A program made the position numbers and the translations under genes. Source: Trichormus sp. ATA11-4-KO1 (GTDB lineage Bacteria > Cyanobacteriota > Cyanobacteriia > Cyanobacteriales > Nostocaceae). Taken from it: a DNA stretch of 64,000 nt. A model generated the notes under the pieces. The model worked only from the letters and a program-made list of their open reading frames with translations, made no database searches and had not been told where the DNA came from. The stretch covers positions 1 through 64,000 of the forward strand of contig JAHHIM010000073.1 in NCBI GenBank assembly GCA_019358915.1, read 5' to 3'. The first letter of the stretch is position 1, and each line of letters opens with the position of its first letter. Shown one piece after another: positions 50,095 through 59,931 of the stretch.

Positions 50095-50538
50095 ATGAAT
50101 AAGCACAAGAAAAAGCAGGACTTAGACTTAATTCAAAGTTCTGATACCCCTACCTGTGATACTCATCTGGTGCATCTAGATAATGTACGCTCATCTCAGG
50201 CTCAAATCTTACCGACAGATAAAGCACAACAAATGGCAGAAATTTTTAGTGTGTTAGCAGATACAAACCGTATACGCCTCCTATCAGCTTTGGCTTCTAG
50301 TGAGTTGTGTGTTTGCGATCTAGCTGCATTAACCAAAATGAGTGAATCAGCAGTTTGCCATCAGTTGCGGTTATTGAAAGCTATGCGTTTAGTCAGCTAT
50401 CGTCGAGAAGGTCGGAATGTCTATTATAGTTTGGCTGACAGTCACGTCATCAACTTATATCGCTCTTTAGTGGAAAACAATACTTACGCAACTGGCACAG
50501 GGCGATCGCAAATTAATAGTATAAATGTATTAATCTGA
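50095..50538 (+). CDS. aztR: ArsR/SmtB-family metal-sensing repressor (AztR-like)
   Basis: N-terminal PTCDTHLVH, ELCVCDLA (alpha3N site) and SAVCHQLRLL; the second half of the alpha5 site is absent. Confidence 0.85.
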   Translation: MNKHKKKQDLDLIQSSDTPTCDTHLVHLDNVRSSQAQILPTDKAQQMAEIFSVLADTNRIRLLSALASSELCVCDLAALTKMSESAVCHQLRLLKAMRLVSYRREGRNVYYSLADSHVINLYRSLVENNTYATGTGRSQINSINVLI

Positions 50539-50586
50539 ACTTCCCCCCTGTGCAAATGTGCTAAATTTTGTTGGCTGATTTAGGTA

Positions 50587-50960
50587 TTACGATTTAGTAA
50601 AAATCATCTTAAAAGCGATAAAAAGTAATGCTGTCCCAAATATCCTTCGCAAAAATACCTCTGGTATTCCAATGGCAAATTTAGCACCTAGGAATGCTCC
50701 CAAGAAAAAACCAACACAGACAAAGATAGTTACTTTTAAGTCTACATATCCCTGCTGGTAATAAGCCCAAGCTCCGAGTAAACTAATTGGTGAAACCATC
50801 AAAGCCAAGGTGGTTCCCTGGGCGCTATGCTGGGAAAAACCAAAAAATAAACGAGTGCTGGTGTAATCAATACACCTCCTCCAATGCCAATTAATCCACT
50901 TAAAATTCCAGTTACCGAACCCAATATCAGATAAGCTATGGTAGCTGTCAAAATTTCCAT
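50587..50960 (-). pseudogene. TauE/SafE-family membrane protein, frameshifted
   Basis: GILSGLIGIGGGVLITPALVY continues in another frame as FGFSQHSAQGTTLA; the shift is at an A6 run, 50842-50847. Confidence 0.8.
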
Positions 50961-51261
50961 AATTACTTTTAATATGATACATATACATTTTTTTGTGTAT
51001 TTTGTAGTTCCAGGAAAAATGTAAAATTCCAAACATGAATATAGCCTAAATATTATAGTTACTCCTAATAATAACCACTAAAAATTTCACCCAAATTTCA
51101 TATCGATATGAAACACTGGAGAAGAACTACCATTCAAATTCCTTAAACTACTCACGAAAGCAATGTAACTAGCTAAAAAAAGCGTTAGTTTAAATTTGCA
51201 CATTAAATGCCAACATCCAAAGGCAATTCTGCTTTCTCACTAACTTAGGACACAACAAGCG

Positions 51262-52959
51262 ATGAGAATCTCTAATTTGTTTCAATCTTTTGCTCCACTG
51301 CGTTATGTTTCGTTGACAATGTTGAGTGTGTTACTACTAAATACTCCTACTACTGTTTTAGCAGGCGCAGGTCACGACCACGGCAGTGGTGCGTTTCAAG
51401 CTGGTAGCGAAGCAAGCGGACAAGTAGAAGTGGACGAACAAACTGCGAAAGGATTGGGAATAAAAGTTGAGACTGTCAAACCTCAGCGTTTGGACATTGG
51501 CATTAAAACCAATGGTAAAATAGAGACTTTACCCAGTCAGAAAGTCGAAGTTACTACTCCAATTTCTGGGGCAAAAGTGGTTGAGTTGTTGGTAGAACCA
51601 GGTGCAAGGGTTAAAAAAGGTCAACCTGTTGCTGTTGTAACGAGTCCAGACTTGGTGAATCTGCGGGTTGAATCTCAGGAAAAATTAGCACAAGGTCAAG
51701 CTGATTTACAACAGGCTCTAGCTGATTTAAAATTAGCTGAACAAAATTATGATCGTTTCCAAAATATTGCCGCAGCAGAAATAGCCCAAGCCCAAAGTCA
51801 AGTAGCATTTGCTCAAGAAAAATATAATAAAGACAAGCAATTAACTGATGCTGGTGCTTTGCCACGTCGTAGTGCTTTAGAATCCCAAACTCAGTTAGCA
51901 CAGGCACAAGCCGAACTTGCACAAGCCAATAGCCGTCGAGATGTGTTTGCAGCAGAAAATCAACTCAAACGCGCTCAAGCCGCAGTTAAAGTAGCAAAAG
52001 AACGTATTAGACTAAGTAATAGTATTTATCAAACTAGACTAGCTCAACTGCAAACTATTCCTAGTAACAAGGGATTGGTAACAGTAACGGCTCCTATTAG
52101 CGGTCAAATTGCTAATCGGGAAGTAACCATCGGTCAATCCTTTGAAGACGCTGGTAGCAAATTGATGACAATTGTTAATGATAGCCAGGTTTTTGCTACA
52201 GCAAATATTTATGAGAAAGATTTGGGTAAAGTAAAAATGGGTCAACCTGTAAAAGTGAGAGTAGCTAGTGTACCCAATCAAATTTTTACAGGTCGAATTA
52301 AGCGGATTGGCTCAGTAGTAGAAGGCGAAACCCAAGTAATACCCGTACAAGCTGCAATTAATAATGCCAACGGGCAATTAAAACCAGGTATGTTTGCCGA
52401 GTTGGAAGTGGTTACAGATAAGACATCTGCGGCAGTTTTGGCAATTCCCAGTTCTGCTGTGGTGGATGCCAATGGTAAAAAAATAATTTATGTGAAAAAT
52501 GGTAATGCCTTTCAATCTGTTGAAGCTGAGTTCGGTCAAACCTCTGGGAATTTAATCGAAGTTACCAGTGGTTTATTTGAAGGAGATGCAGTAGTTACCC
52601 AGCGTGCGCCACAACTTTACGCTCAGTCTTTACGGGGTGGTAGTACAAAAGAAGACGACCACTCAGAAGAAGATTCGTATTCAGAAACAACGAATACTAA
52701 TATTAATAACTTTCCCCTACCTGTATGGTTAATCGCTACTGTGGGAGGAACAGTGATTGCTGGTGGAGCTTTTGCAGCAGGTAGTTTTTGGTCTGGTCGT
52801 CGCAACCAAAGCCGGATGCTTGCAGCTTATGCAGGAATTTCATCAGAATTAGCAGCAGATCAATATCAAAATACTGATGAAAATGCAAATAATCACCAGG
52901 CACCAAAAACTCAAATTGGTCGCTTAGACTCGAGCGTTAAAAATAATTCTGACTCATAA
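51262..52959 (+). CDS. Heavy-metal RND efflux periplasmic adaptor (CzcB/CusB-like)
   Basis: Signal peptide then GAGHDHG; LVEPGARVKKGQ, TAPISG and LKPGMF motifs; C-terminal TM helix. Confidence 0.88.
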   Translation: MRISNLFQSFAPLRYVSLTMLSVLLLNTPTTVLAGAGHDHGSGAFQAGSEASGQVEVDEQTAKGLGIKVETVKPQRLDIGIKTNGKIETLPSQKVEVTTPISGAKVVELLVEPGARVKKGQPVAVVTSPDLVNLRVESQEKLAQGQADLQQALADLKLAEQNYDRFQNIAAAEIAQAQSQVAFAQEKYNKDKQLTDAGALPRRSALESQTQLAQAQAELAQANSRRDVFAAENQLKRAQAAVKVAKERIRLSNSIYQTRLAQLQTIPSNKGLVTVTAPISGQIANREVTIGQSFEDAGSKLMTIVNDSQVFATANIYEKDLGKVKMGQPVKVRVASVPNQIFTGRIKRIGSVVEGETQVIPVQAAINNANGQLKPGMFAELEVVTDKTSAAVLAIPSSAVVDANGKKIIYVKNGNAFQSVEAEFGQTSGNLIEVTSGLFEGDAVVTQRAPQLYAQSLRGGSTKEDDHSEEDSYSETTNTNINNFPLPVWLIATVGGTVIAGGAFAAGSFWSGRRNQSRMLAAYAGISSELAADQYQNTDENANNHQAPKTQIGRLDSSVKNNSDS

Positions 52960-52968
52960 ACTGCAATC

Positions 52969-55900
52969 ATGATCGACAATATTCTGAAATGGTCAATTTT
53001 ACAACGGTGGTTGGTGGTGATTGGGGCAGTTATTGTGACAACATTAGGGGTTTACAACCTCAGACAAATGCCTTTGGATGTTTTCCCTAACTTTGCTCCC
53101 CCCCAAGTAGAAATTCAAACCGAAGCACCAGGACTAGCACCGGAAGAAGTAGAATCCTTAGTGACTTTACCAATTGAAAGTGCTGTAAATGGTACTCCAG
53201 GTGTAGAAACTGTGCGTTCTTCCTCTGGAGTTGGTATTTCTGTTGTCAGAATTATCTTTAATTGGGGAACTGATATTTATCAAGCTCGTCAGTTAGTCAC
53301 CGAAAGATTGCAACAAGCATCACAAAAACTACCAGAAAATATCGAGCCACCCCAAATTTCGCCGATTAGTTCCCCCATCGGAACTATACTTTCCTATGCT
53401 TTTACTATTGATGCGGAAGAAGGGAAAGCAACAACTGACATGATGGAGGTGAGACAATTTGTTGACTTAGTTGTCACAAACCGTCTGCTTGCTGTTCCGG
53501 GTATTTCTCAATTAATTACTTACGGGGGAGATATCCGCCAATATCAAGTTTTAGTTGACCCCGCAAAGCTAAAAGCTTTTAATGTCTCTTTAGAAGAAGT
53601 AACTACAGCTGCAAGAAAAGCGAATAATAATGCGGCTGGTGGTTTTTTAATTGACCCAGATCGGGAATTATTAATTCGGGGTATTGGCAGAATTACTGCA
53701 ATTGAAGATTTACGGAAATCAGTAGTTACTGCCCGTGATGGGACTCCAGTATTACTAAGAGATGTCGCTGATGTGCAAATTGGGGCAGCATTAAAACGGG
53801 GTGATGGTAGTTTTAATACTCAGCCTGCGGTTGTGGTCATGGTTAACAAACAACCCCAAGCTGACACTCCTACGGTAACTAAAGCTGTGGAAGCAGCGAT
53901 GGAAGAGATCGAACTCAGTTTACCTGCCAATGTCAAGTATACAGTTAGTTTTCGTCAAGAAAGCTTTATTGAGGATGCCATAGAAAACGTTAGTAGTTCT
54001 TTGAGGGATGGTACGATTATTGTCTCAGTTATTTTGCTGATGTTTTTGATGAATTGGCGAACTGCAATTATTACCCTCAGTGCCATTCCTTTATCAGTAT
54101 TAATTGGGTTGATGATTCTCAATTTATTTGGTCAAGGGATTAATACTATGACCTTAGGGGGTTTGGTTGTAGCCATTGGCTCGGTAGTAGATGATTCCAT
54201 TGTGGATATGGAAAATTGCTACCGGGGATTGCGGAAGAACCAGCAAGCAGAAAATCCCGTTCATCCTTTCCAGGTAGTATATGACACATCTGTAGAGGTC
54301 AGAACTAGTGTGATTTTTTCTACAATAATTATAGTCGTAGTTTTCGCGCCAATTTTTACGTTAACTGGGGTAGAAGGTCGGATTTTTGCACCAATGGGTT
54401 GGGCTTACTTGGTATCAATTTTGTCTTCTACGTTGGTGGCAATGACTTTATCCCCGGCATTGTGTGCCATACTTTTAGCTAACCAGAGATTACCAGATGA
54501 TGAAACTTGGGTAACTCGTTGGTCGCAAAGGTTATACAGTCCCTTGTTAAATTTTTCCATTAAACGTCCCAGTGTAGTGATTTTAGCCGCAGTTGCTGCT
54601 TTTGTAGCATCAATGTTGATTTTTTCAACCTTGGGACGGGTGTTCTTACCGGAATTTCAGGAACGTACTTTAGTAAACTCTATGTTGCTGTATCCCGGTA
54701 CATCCTTGGAAGTTACCAATCAAGCAGGAAAGATAATTGAGGAAGCATTCAAAGATGATCCCCACATCGCATCAGTACAGATGCGTTCCGGACGCGCTCC
54801 CGGAGATGCGGATGCTGCACCAGTTAACTTATCCCATCTGGATATTGAAATTAGCGACGCAGGGATGAAAGATCGAGAAGCAACCGTTGCCAAAATTAGG
54901 GAGGAATTCGCCAAAATTCCTGGCTCGGTAGCCAGTATAGGGGGTTTTATTTCTCACCGCATGGATGAAATTCTCTCTGGTGTCAGAAGTGCGATCGCCG
55001 TGAAAATATTCGGACCAGAACTGGAAGAGTTACGCAGTTTGGGGAAAGAAGTAGAAGCTGTAATGCAGGAGATACCCGGTTTGGTAGATTTACAGCTAGA
55101 ACCGCAAGTCCCCATAAAACAGCTACAAATTCAGTTTGACCGCGATGCTGCGGCGCGCTACGGTCTTTCTGTGGGCGATTTATCGGAAATAACTGAAACC
55201 GCACTCAATGGTCGCGTAGTATCCCAGGTATTAGAAAAACAACAACTTTTCGATTTATTGGTGTGGCTAAAACCAGAAGCACGCAATAACTTAGATACCA
55301 TTCGCAATTTACTTGTTGATACTCCCAACGGGCAGAAAATACCCTTAGCAGCAGTAGCAAAAATTGACTACGGAACGGGTCCTAATACCATTAACCGGGA
55401 AAATGTTTCTCGTTTAATTGTGGTTTCTGCTAATGTTTCTGGCAGAGATTTGGGTTCTGTTGTTGATGAAATTCGCACCAAAGTCAAACAGCAGGTGCAA
55501 GTACCTTCAGGCTATTTTATTCAGTATGGAGGTCAGTTTGAATCGGAACAACGAGCTTCCCAAAACTTACTGATCTTTGGCGGTTTATCAATGGTTTTAA
55601 TTGCCATTTTGATGTATTTCGCGGTGAAATCAATCCCCGCAACTATCATGATTATGATTAACTTACCTTTAGCCGTAGTTGGGGGAGTTTTTTCCATAGC
55701 TTTAGGTGGTGGTATCCTTTCCGTAGCATCAATGGTAGGATTTATTACCCTATTTGGCGTAGCTACTCGTAATGGTTTATTGTTAGTAGAAAACTATAAC
55801 AGCAAGTTTGCAATGGGAATGCCTTTACGGGAAGTAATTTCCCAAGGTTCGATGGAAAGACTTGTTGCCATTTTGATGACAGCTTTAACATCTGCATTAG

Positions 55901-56148
55901 GTATGGTTCCTCTGGTCATTGGTATTGGTGCGGGTAAGGAAATTTTGCAACCTTTAGCAGTAGTTGTATTGGGAGGTTTATTTACTTCTACTGCTTTAAC
56001 TTTGTTGGTACTTCCAGCTTTGTATAGTAAATTTGGTAGGTATTTAATACCCAAACAAACTTCCCTAGCAGTTCAAGCGGGTATTGCTTCGGAAGTAACT
56101 ACAAATCAAGATTTAAGTATTCTCAACAACAATAGTAAAAGGAGATAA
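52969..56148 (+). CDS. CzcA/CusA-family heavy-metal efflux RND permease
   Basis: LDVFP, EEVESLVT, AIGSVVDDSIVDMEN and ILMTALT motifs. Confidence 0.92.
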   Translation: MIDNILKWSILQRWLVVIGAVIVTTLGVYNLRQMPLDVFPNFAPPQVEIQTEAPGLAPEEVESLVTLPIESAVNGTPGVETVRSSSGVGISVVRIIFNWGTDIYQARQLVTERLQQASQKLPENIEPPQISPISSPIGTILSYAFTIDAEEGKATTDMMEVRQFVDLVVTNRLLAVPGISQLITYGGDIRQYQVLVDPAKLKAFNVSLEEVTTAARKANNNAAGGFLIDPDRELLIRGIGRITAIEDLRKSVVTARDGTPVLLRDVADVQIGAALKRGDGSFNTQPAVVVMVNKQPQADTPTVTKAVEAAMEEIELSLPANVKYTVSFRQESFIEDAIENVSSSLRDGTIIVSVILLMFLMNWRTAIITLSAIPLSVLIGLMILNLFGQGINTMTLGGLVVAIGSVVDDSIVDMENCYRGLRKNQQAENPVHPFQVVYDTSVEVRTSVIFSTIIIVVVFAPIFTLTGVEGRIFAPMGWAYLVSILSSTLVAMTLSPALCAILLANQRLPDDETWVTRWSQRLYSPLLNFSIKRPSVVILAAVAAFVASMLIFSTLGRVFLPEFQERTLVNSMLLYPGTSLEVTNQAGKIIEEAFKDDPHIASVQMRSGRAPGDADAAPVNLSHLDIEISDAGMKDREATVAKIREEFAKIPGSVASIGGFISHRMDEILSGVRSAIAVKIFGPELEELRSLGKEVEAVMQEIPGLVDLQLEPQVPIKQLQIQFDRDAAARYGLSVGDLSEITETALNGRVVSQVLEKQQLFDLLVWLKPEARNNLDTIRNLLVDTPNGQKIPLAAVAKIDYGTGPNTINRENVSRLIVVSANVSGRDLGSVVDEIRTKVKQQVQVPSGYFIQYGGQFESEQRASQNLLIFGGLSMVLIAILMYFAVKSIPATIMIMINLPLAVVGGVFSIALGGGILSVASMVGFITLFGVATRNGLLLVENYNSKFAMGMPLREVISQGSMERLVAILMTALTSALGMVPLVIGIGAGKEILQPLAVVVLGGLFTSTALTLLVLPALYSKFGRYLIPKQTSLAVQAGIASEVTTNQDLSILNNNSKRR

Positions 56149-56251
56149 GTCTTTAATAAGAATATGTAATTATTTTTTTGCTGTATTTGCAAATCCCTGT
56201 ACATTGTTGTTCTTTAATAACTTACATTCTCACAAATCAAGGAGTCAAAAA

Positions 56252-56794
56252 ATGAGATTTCTAAAATTGGGTACTTTTATTCTAGGTAGTGTAGGACTAA
56301 TCTTTTTAGGAGCTTGTGCTAATCAACCTACAACTTCAAACGATTCAGCAGCTAGTAAAACCGAAACAATAGCAAAAACAACAATTAGCAAAACAGAAAC
56401 TACGGCAAAAGCAACACCAAATCAGACGGAGAACGTAGCACAAAAACAAGAAGAACACGGACATGAACATGGAGATGAACATGGACGAGGTGGTCAAATT
56501 ATAGAATCCGGTGAATATCATTTAGAATTTGTAGCCACTCCAAGTGATAATGGAACTGATATAGATTTTTTCTTAGAGAAAGGAGCAAAACATGAAACCG
56601 TCAGTGACGCTAAGATAACGGCTCAAGTTCAGTTACCCGATGGGGAACAAAAAACAATTCCTATCAAATATGAACCGAGTGAAAAGCATTACCATGGCGT
56701 GCTTGCAGATACAATACCAGGAGAATATAAATTAGCCATTCTTTCTGACATTAATGGTGAAAAAGTGAATGGTCGCTTTAGTTTCAAAAGATAA
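56252..56794 (+). CDS. His-rich lipoprotein, putative metal chaperone
   Basis: Lipobox LGAC; EHGHEHGDEHG and YHLEFV; AGGAG RBS. Confidence 0.75.
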   Translation: MRFLKLGTFILGSVGLIFLGACANQPTTSNDSAASKTETIAKTTISKTETTAKATPNQTENVAQKQEEHGHEHGDEHGRGGQIIESGEYHLEFVATPSDNGTDIDFFLEKGAKHETVSDAKITAQVQLPDGEQKTIPIKYEPSEKHYHGVLADTIPGEYKLAILSDINGEKVNGRFSFKR

Positions 56795-57084
56795 TTTTAC
56801 GTTGTTTAGGACTGACTTCAAAAAGTGAACTTAGATAGAAACAGGCGATCCAAGTTATCCATGTCCTCTTGCTCAAGAAAACGTGGTTTAAATCAATTTA
56901 GTTGAGCATCTGGACAGAGAATTTGGTGGCGATCGCATTTAGAGCAATTACTGTGACTGAATACCCAATTATAATTAGTCGTCTAAAACATTAAGTATCT
57001 GTAAGAACATTACAGCTATTGGGACTTAAACATTTTTGATATAAAAACAGGTCTAAGATACCATTTATAACCCTCATTTTATAA

Positions 57085-57258
57085 CCCTCATTTGTCACTT
57101 TGGGAGAATCCAATCGCTCAAATGGTTACGGGGCTTTAGTTTCCACTTTTCGTCTATAAATTTTAGTTTCTGTTAGAAAATAAAGCCTCAAAACCGGATT
57201 AAATCAAAGTCTCAGAATTTGGCTGAGATTATTGTTTTCCGAGAGTGACAAAACAGGG
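57085..57258. mobile_element. 174-bp MITE with a 4-bp ATAA duplication, inserted in an IS5 end
   Basis: TIRs CCCTCATTTGTCACTTTGGGAGAA and CCCTGTTTTGTCACTCTCGGAAAA; ATAA at 57081-57084 and 57259-57262. Confidence 0.7.
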
Positions 57259-57271
57259 ATAAAGTAAATCT

Positions 57272-57445
57272 TTAAACAACAAGACGACGCAACATGATAC
57301 GCGTCATGACAGCATAGATGGCAGCTTCACTCATTTCTGGAAGACGTTCATAATCCTTACGGAGACGACGGTACTGATTAAACCACCCAAATGTTCTTTC
57401 TAATAACTAACGTTTGGGCAAAACCTGCTAATTCTGGCTCCACAG
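57272..57445 (-). pseudogene. IS5-family transposase C-terminal remnant
   Basis: Own translation QVLPKR*LLERTFGWFNQYRRLRKDYERLPEMSEAAIYAVMTRIMLRRL; the conserved Trp has become TAG. Confidence 0.85.
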
Positions 57446-57568
57446 GTTTAAGGCAAATTTATAAGTAAAATCCGGCTTTAAGCGCACTATTATAGTTAGC
57501 ACTTATAACAATTCGGCACTAGTACAAAATTTTGTTAAATAACTTTACATAAATGCTGGATCTGGGGG

Positions 57569-57600
57569 TTGACTCTACAGCAGACTATAGGCTTTAAGGT
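57569..57600 (+). promoter_or_regulatory. MerR-type promoter with a 20-bp spacer
   Basis: TTGACT-N20-TAAGGT with imperfect dyad CTACAG-CAGA-CTATAG. Confidence 0.75.
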
Positions 57601-57633
57601 TTGAACAACGCATAGTAGTAAAAGTCAAAAACT

Positions 57634-58125
57634 ATGGTTGCTGTAGTGGAACAAGCTTGTTTTGAAGCATCATCTCCAAACAAACTACTGAAAATTGGTG
57701 AGCTAGCAAAGCAAACCGATGTGGCAGTGGGAACAATTCGGTATTACGAAACCTTAGGATTGCTAACACCAGTTGAAAGAAGTGAAAATGGCTACCGTTA
57801 TTACGATAGCGCAGCAATCAAGCGACTACAATTCATCAAAAAAGCCCAATCTTTACAATTTTCCCTCTCGGAAATTCAACAAGTGGTTGGTGTCCGCTCC
57901 CACGGCGATCCTGCTTGTTCACTGGTAAGGGGCTTACTGAAAAAGAAAATAGTTGATCTTGAGGAGCAGATTTATCGCATGAAGGCGCTGAAGAAAGAGC
58001 TAGAAGCATATCAAGAACGCTGGGAAAGCCGACCCTTGGACGACCCATGTAGCAAAGAGCTTTGTAGCATGATTGAGGAAGTTGCTTGTCGGGATATACC
58101 TGTTCAGAACCTAAGAGGAGAGTAA
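57634..58125 (+). CDS. MerR-family heavy-metal-responsive regulator
   Basis: KIGELAK...TIRYYE...RSENGYRYY and FSLSEI motifs; Cys in PAC and in C-x4-C (PCSKELC). Confidence 0.92.
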   Translation: MVAVVEQACFEASSPNKLLKIGELAKQTDVAVGTIRYYETLGLLTPVERSENGYRYYDSAAIKRLQFIKKAQSLQFSLSEIQQVVGVRSHGDPACSLVRGLLKKKIVDLEEQIYRMKALKKELEAYQERWESRPLDDPCSKELCSMIEEVACRDIPVQNLRGE

Positions 58126-59904
58126 ATGTCTGGAACTACTGACGAGGATAAAAACTCTCGCATCAAAGCAGAAAACGAGCAAATTCCTCTTTCTGGCTTT
58201 TCATCCCTTGAGGCAGAAACAACTAATCAGGTCAGTAATCATGACAATGCCACCTTAGTTGAGATCAAGCCTACTAAGAAGTCGATTTTATCCGTCAAAA
58301 CGGTGATCACACTTGCAGTCGTTGCAGCACTAATCAGTGGCATTTCAATACTAACCAAGCAATTTAAACCCTCCTCCTCTATGGCTGGGATGGAAGATAT
58401 GAAAGGGATGTCTATGGAAGACATGATGCGGGTGAACGGCTCTTCTAATCCCACTCCGGTCAAGGTCGAGTCCATCCAGCCTAGTTTAATGGAGGCAAGT
58501 GTGCGTTATACCGGGACAGTGCGTCCTTACCAAGAAGTGACTGTATATCCACGAGTGAGTGGGCAGTTGACTGAATACTCTGCTTACCCAGGAAATAAGG
58601 TAAAGGCAGGACAATTGCTGGCACGGCTAACTGCGACAGAACTGTCTAATGAAGTAGAGGAAGCAATAACGGAAATGGAGGCTGCCAAAGCTGATGAGCA
58701 AGTAACTAGAAAAGAACTGGATGAGCAACGTCAAGAAATAGAGCGGATGTCAGCCGAATCCGCTTACTTAGAGAAAAGACTACAGCGAACCGAGCAGGTT
58801 TTATTAGATTCTGGAGCGATCGCCCTAGTCGAGTTTGACAGGCAAAAAAGCGAGGCGATATCAGCCAAGGCGGCTCTGAGTGCCGCAAAAGTTAAATTAG
58901 AACGTATGCAAGCCCAGATAGCTAAAGCTCAGGCTCAAGTGGCTCAAACTAAAGTAAAAATTCAACGTCTTCAGGTTATAGAAAGTTACAAAACAGTTAC
59001 ATCCCCGATTACAGGCATTATCCAAGAGCGGATGGTAGACCCTGGCGTGTTTGTCCAGCCAGGAATGGCAATTCTCAAGATTGGTGACTATAGCCGAGTG
59101 CGTCTGCAAGCAAATGTAGCGCAACAGGATGCCATTCAGATTAAAGTCGGTTCTCCGATTGAGGCACGGACACCAGGAGCAGCCACTGAAACAATTCAAG
59201 GCAAAGTCACTAGTATTTTTCCTCAGGCGGGTGAAGAAACGCGGACAGTCACAATTGAAGCCGTTGTCGATAATCCTGGTCGCCGACTGGTAGCAGGGCA
59301 ATTTCTAGAGATGCGCATGATCACTGCTCGTAAACCGGGCGCTCTTTCCGTACCACAAACGGCAATCACAGAATCAGGTGAAGAATCAGCAGTTTGGGTA
59401 ATGGAGGGTGGTGTGGCGAAACGCAGAGTCATCACCACAGGACTGACCAATGGTGAGCGGATAGAAGTGATCCGTGGTCTTAAACCCGGAGAGTTTGTCA
59501 TCACTACTGGAGGAGGTCGATTGATTGAAAATATGCGAGTTGCGGCGATCAATGCCTCTGGCAACCTCGTTCCCACTCTCAGTGAAGCTAGCCAAGGCAA
59601 TGTGCGAATTCAGTTAATCAGCCCTAAAGAAGCAGCAGCGATGGGAGACAATCAACTGATTTTGCAGGTTCAAGATCCTGAAACAGGTGCACCTCTGGCA
59701 GTCCGTGAATTAAACGTAGATGCCTCGATGCCAATGCAAAATATGGCTCCAATGAAAACAGAGGTAGAAGTCAAGCCTGCTGGTCAACCCGGTCGATTCC
59801 AGGTCAACACCTATTTCGGAATGCGTGGCTCTTGGCAAGTCACCGCCAAGGTTCAAGACAATGATCACCGAGGTCAGTCAACATTTACGCTAAATGTCCG
59901 TTAA
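58126..59904 (+). CDS. RND periplasmic adaptor with a Met-rich N-region and a C-terminal YtkA/FixH-like domain
   Basis: TM anchor; MAGMEDMKGMSMEDMM; lipoyl/hairpin MFP motifs; C-terminal SMPMQNMAPM...GMRGSWQV. Confidence 0.85.
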   Translation: MSGTTDEDKNSRIKAENEQIPLSGFSSLEAETTNQVSNHDNATLVEIKPTKKSILSVKTVITLAVVAALISGISILTKQFKPSSSMAGMEDMKGMSMEDMMRVNGSSNPTPVKVESIQPSLMEASVRYTGTVRPYQEVTVYPRVSGQLTEYSAYPGNKVKAGQLLARLTATELSNEVEEAITEMEAAKADEQVTRKELDEQRQEIERMSAESAYLEKRLQRTEQVLLDSGAIALVEFDRQKSEAISAKAALSAAKVKLERMQAQIAKAQAQVAQTKVKIQRLQVIESYKTVTSPITGIIQERMVDPGVFVQPGMAILKIGDYSRVRLQANVAQQDAIQIKVGSPIEARTPGAATETIQGKVTSIFPQAGEETRTVTIEAVVDNPGRRLVAGQFLEMRMITARKPGALSVPQTAITESGEESAVWVMEGGVAKRRVITTGLTNGERIEVIRGLKPGEFVITTGGGRLIENMRVAAINASGNLVPTLSEASQGNVRIQLISPKEAAAMGDNQLILQVQDPETGAPLAVRELNVDASMPMQNMAPMKTEVEVKPAGQPGRFQVNTYFGMRGSWQVTAKVQDNDHRGQSTFTLNVR

Positions 59905-59931
59905 TATTCATTCCCCCGATTAACGCTGCCC

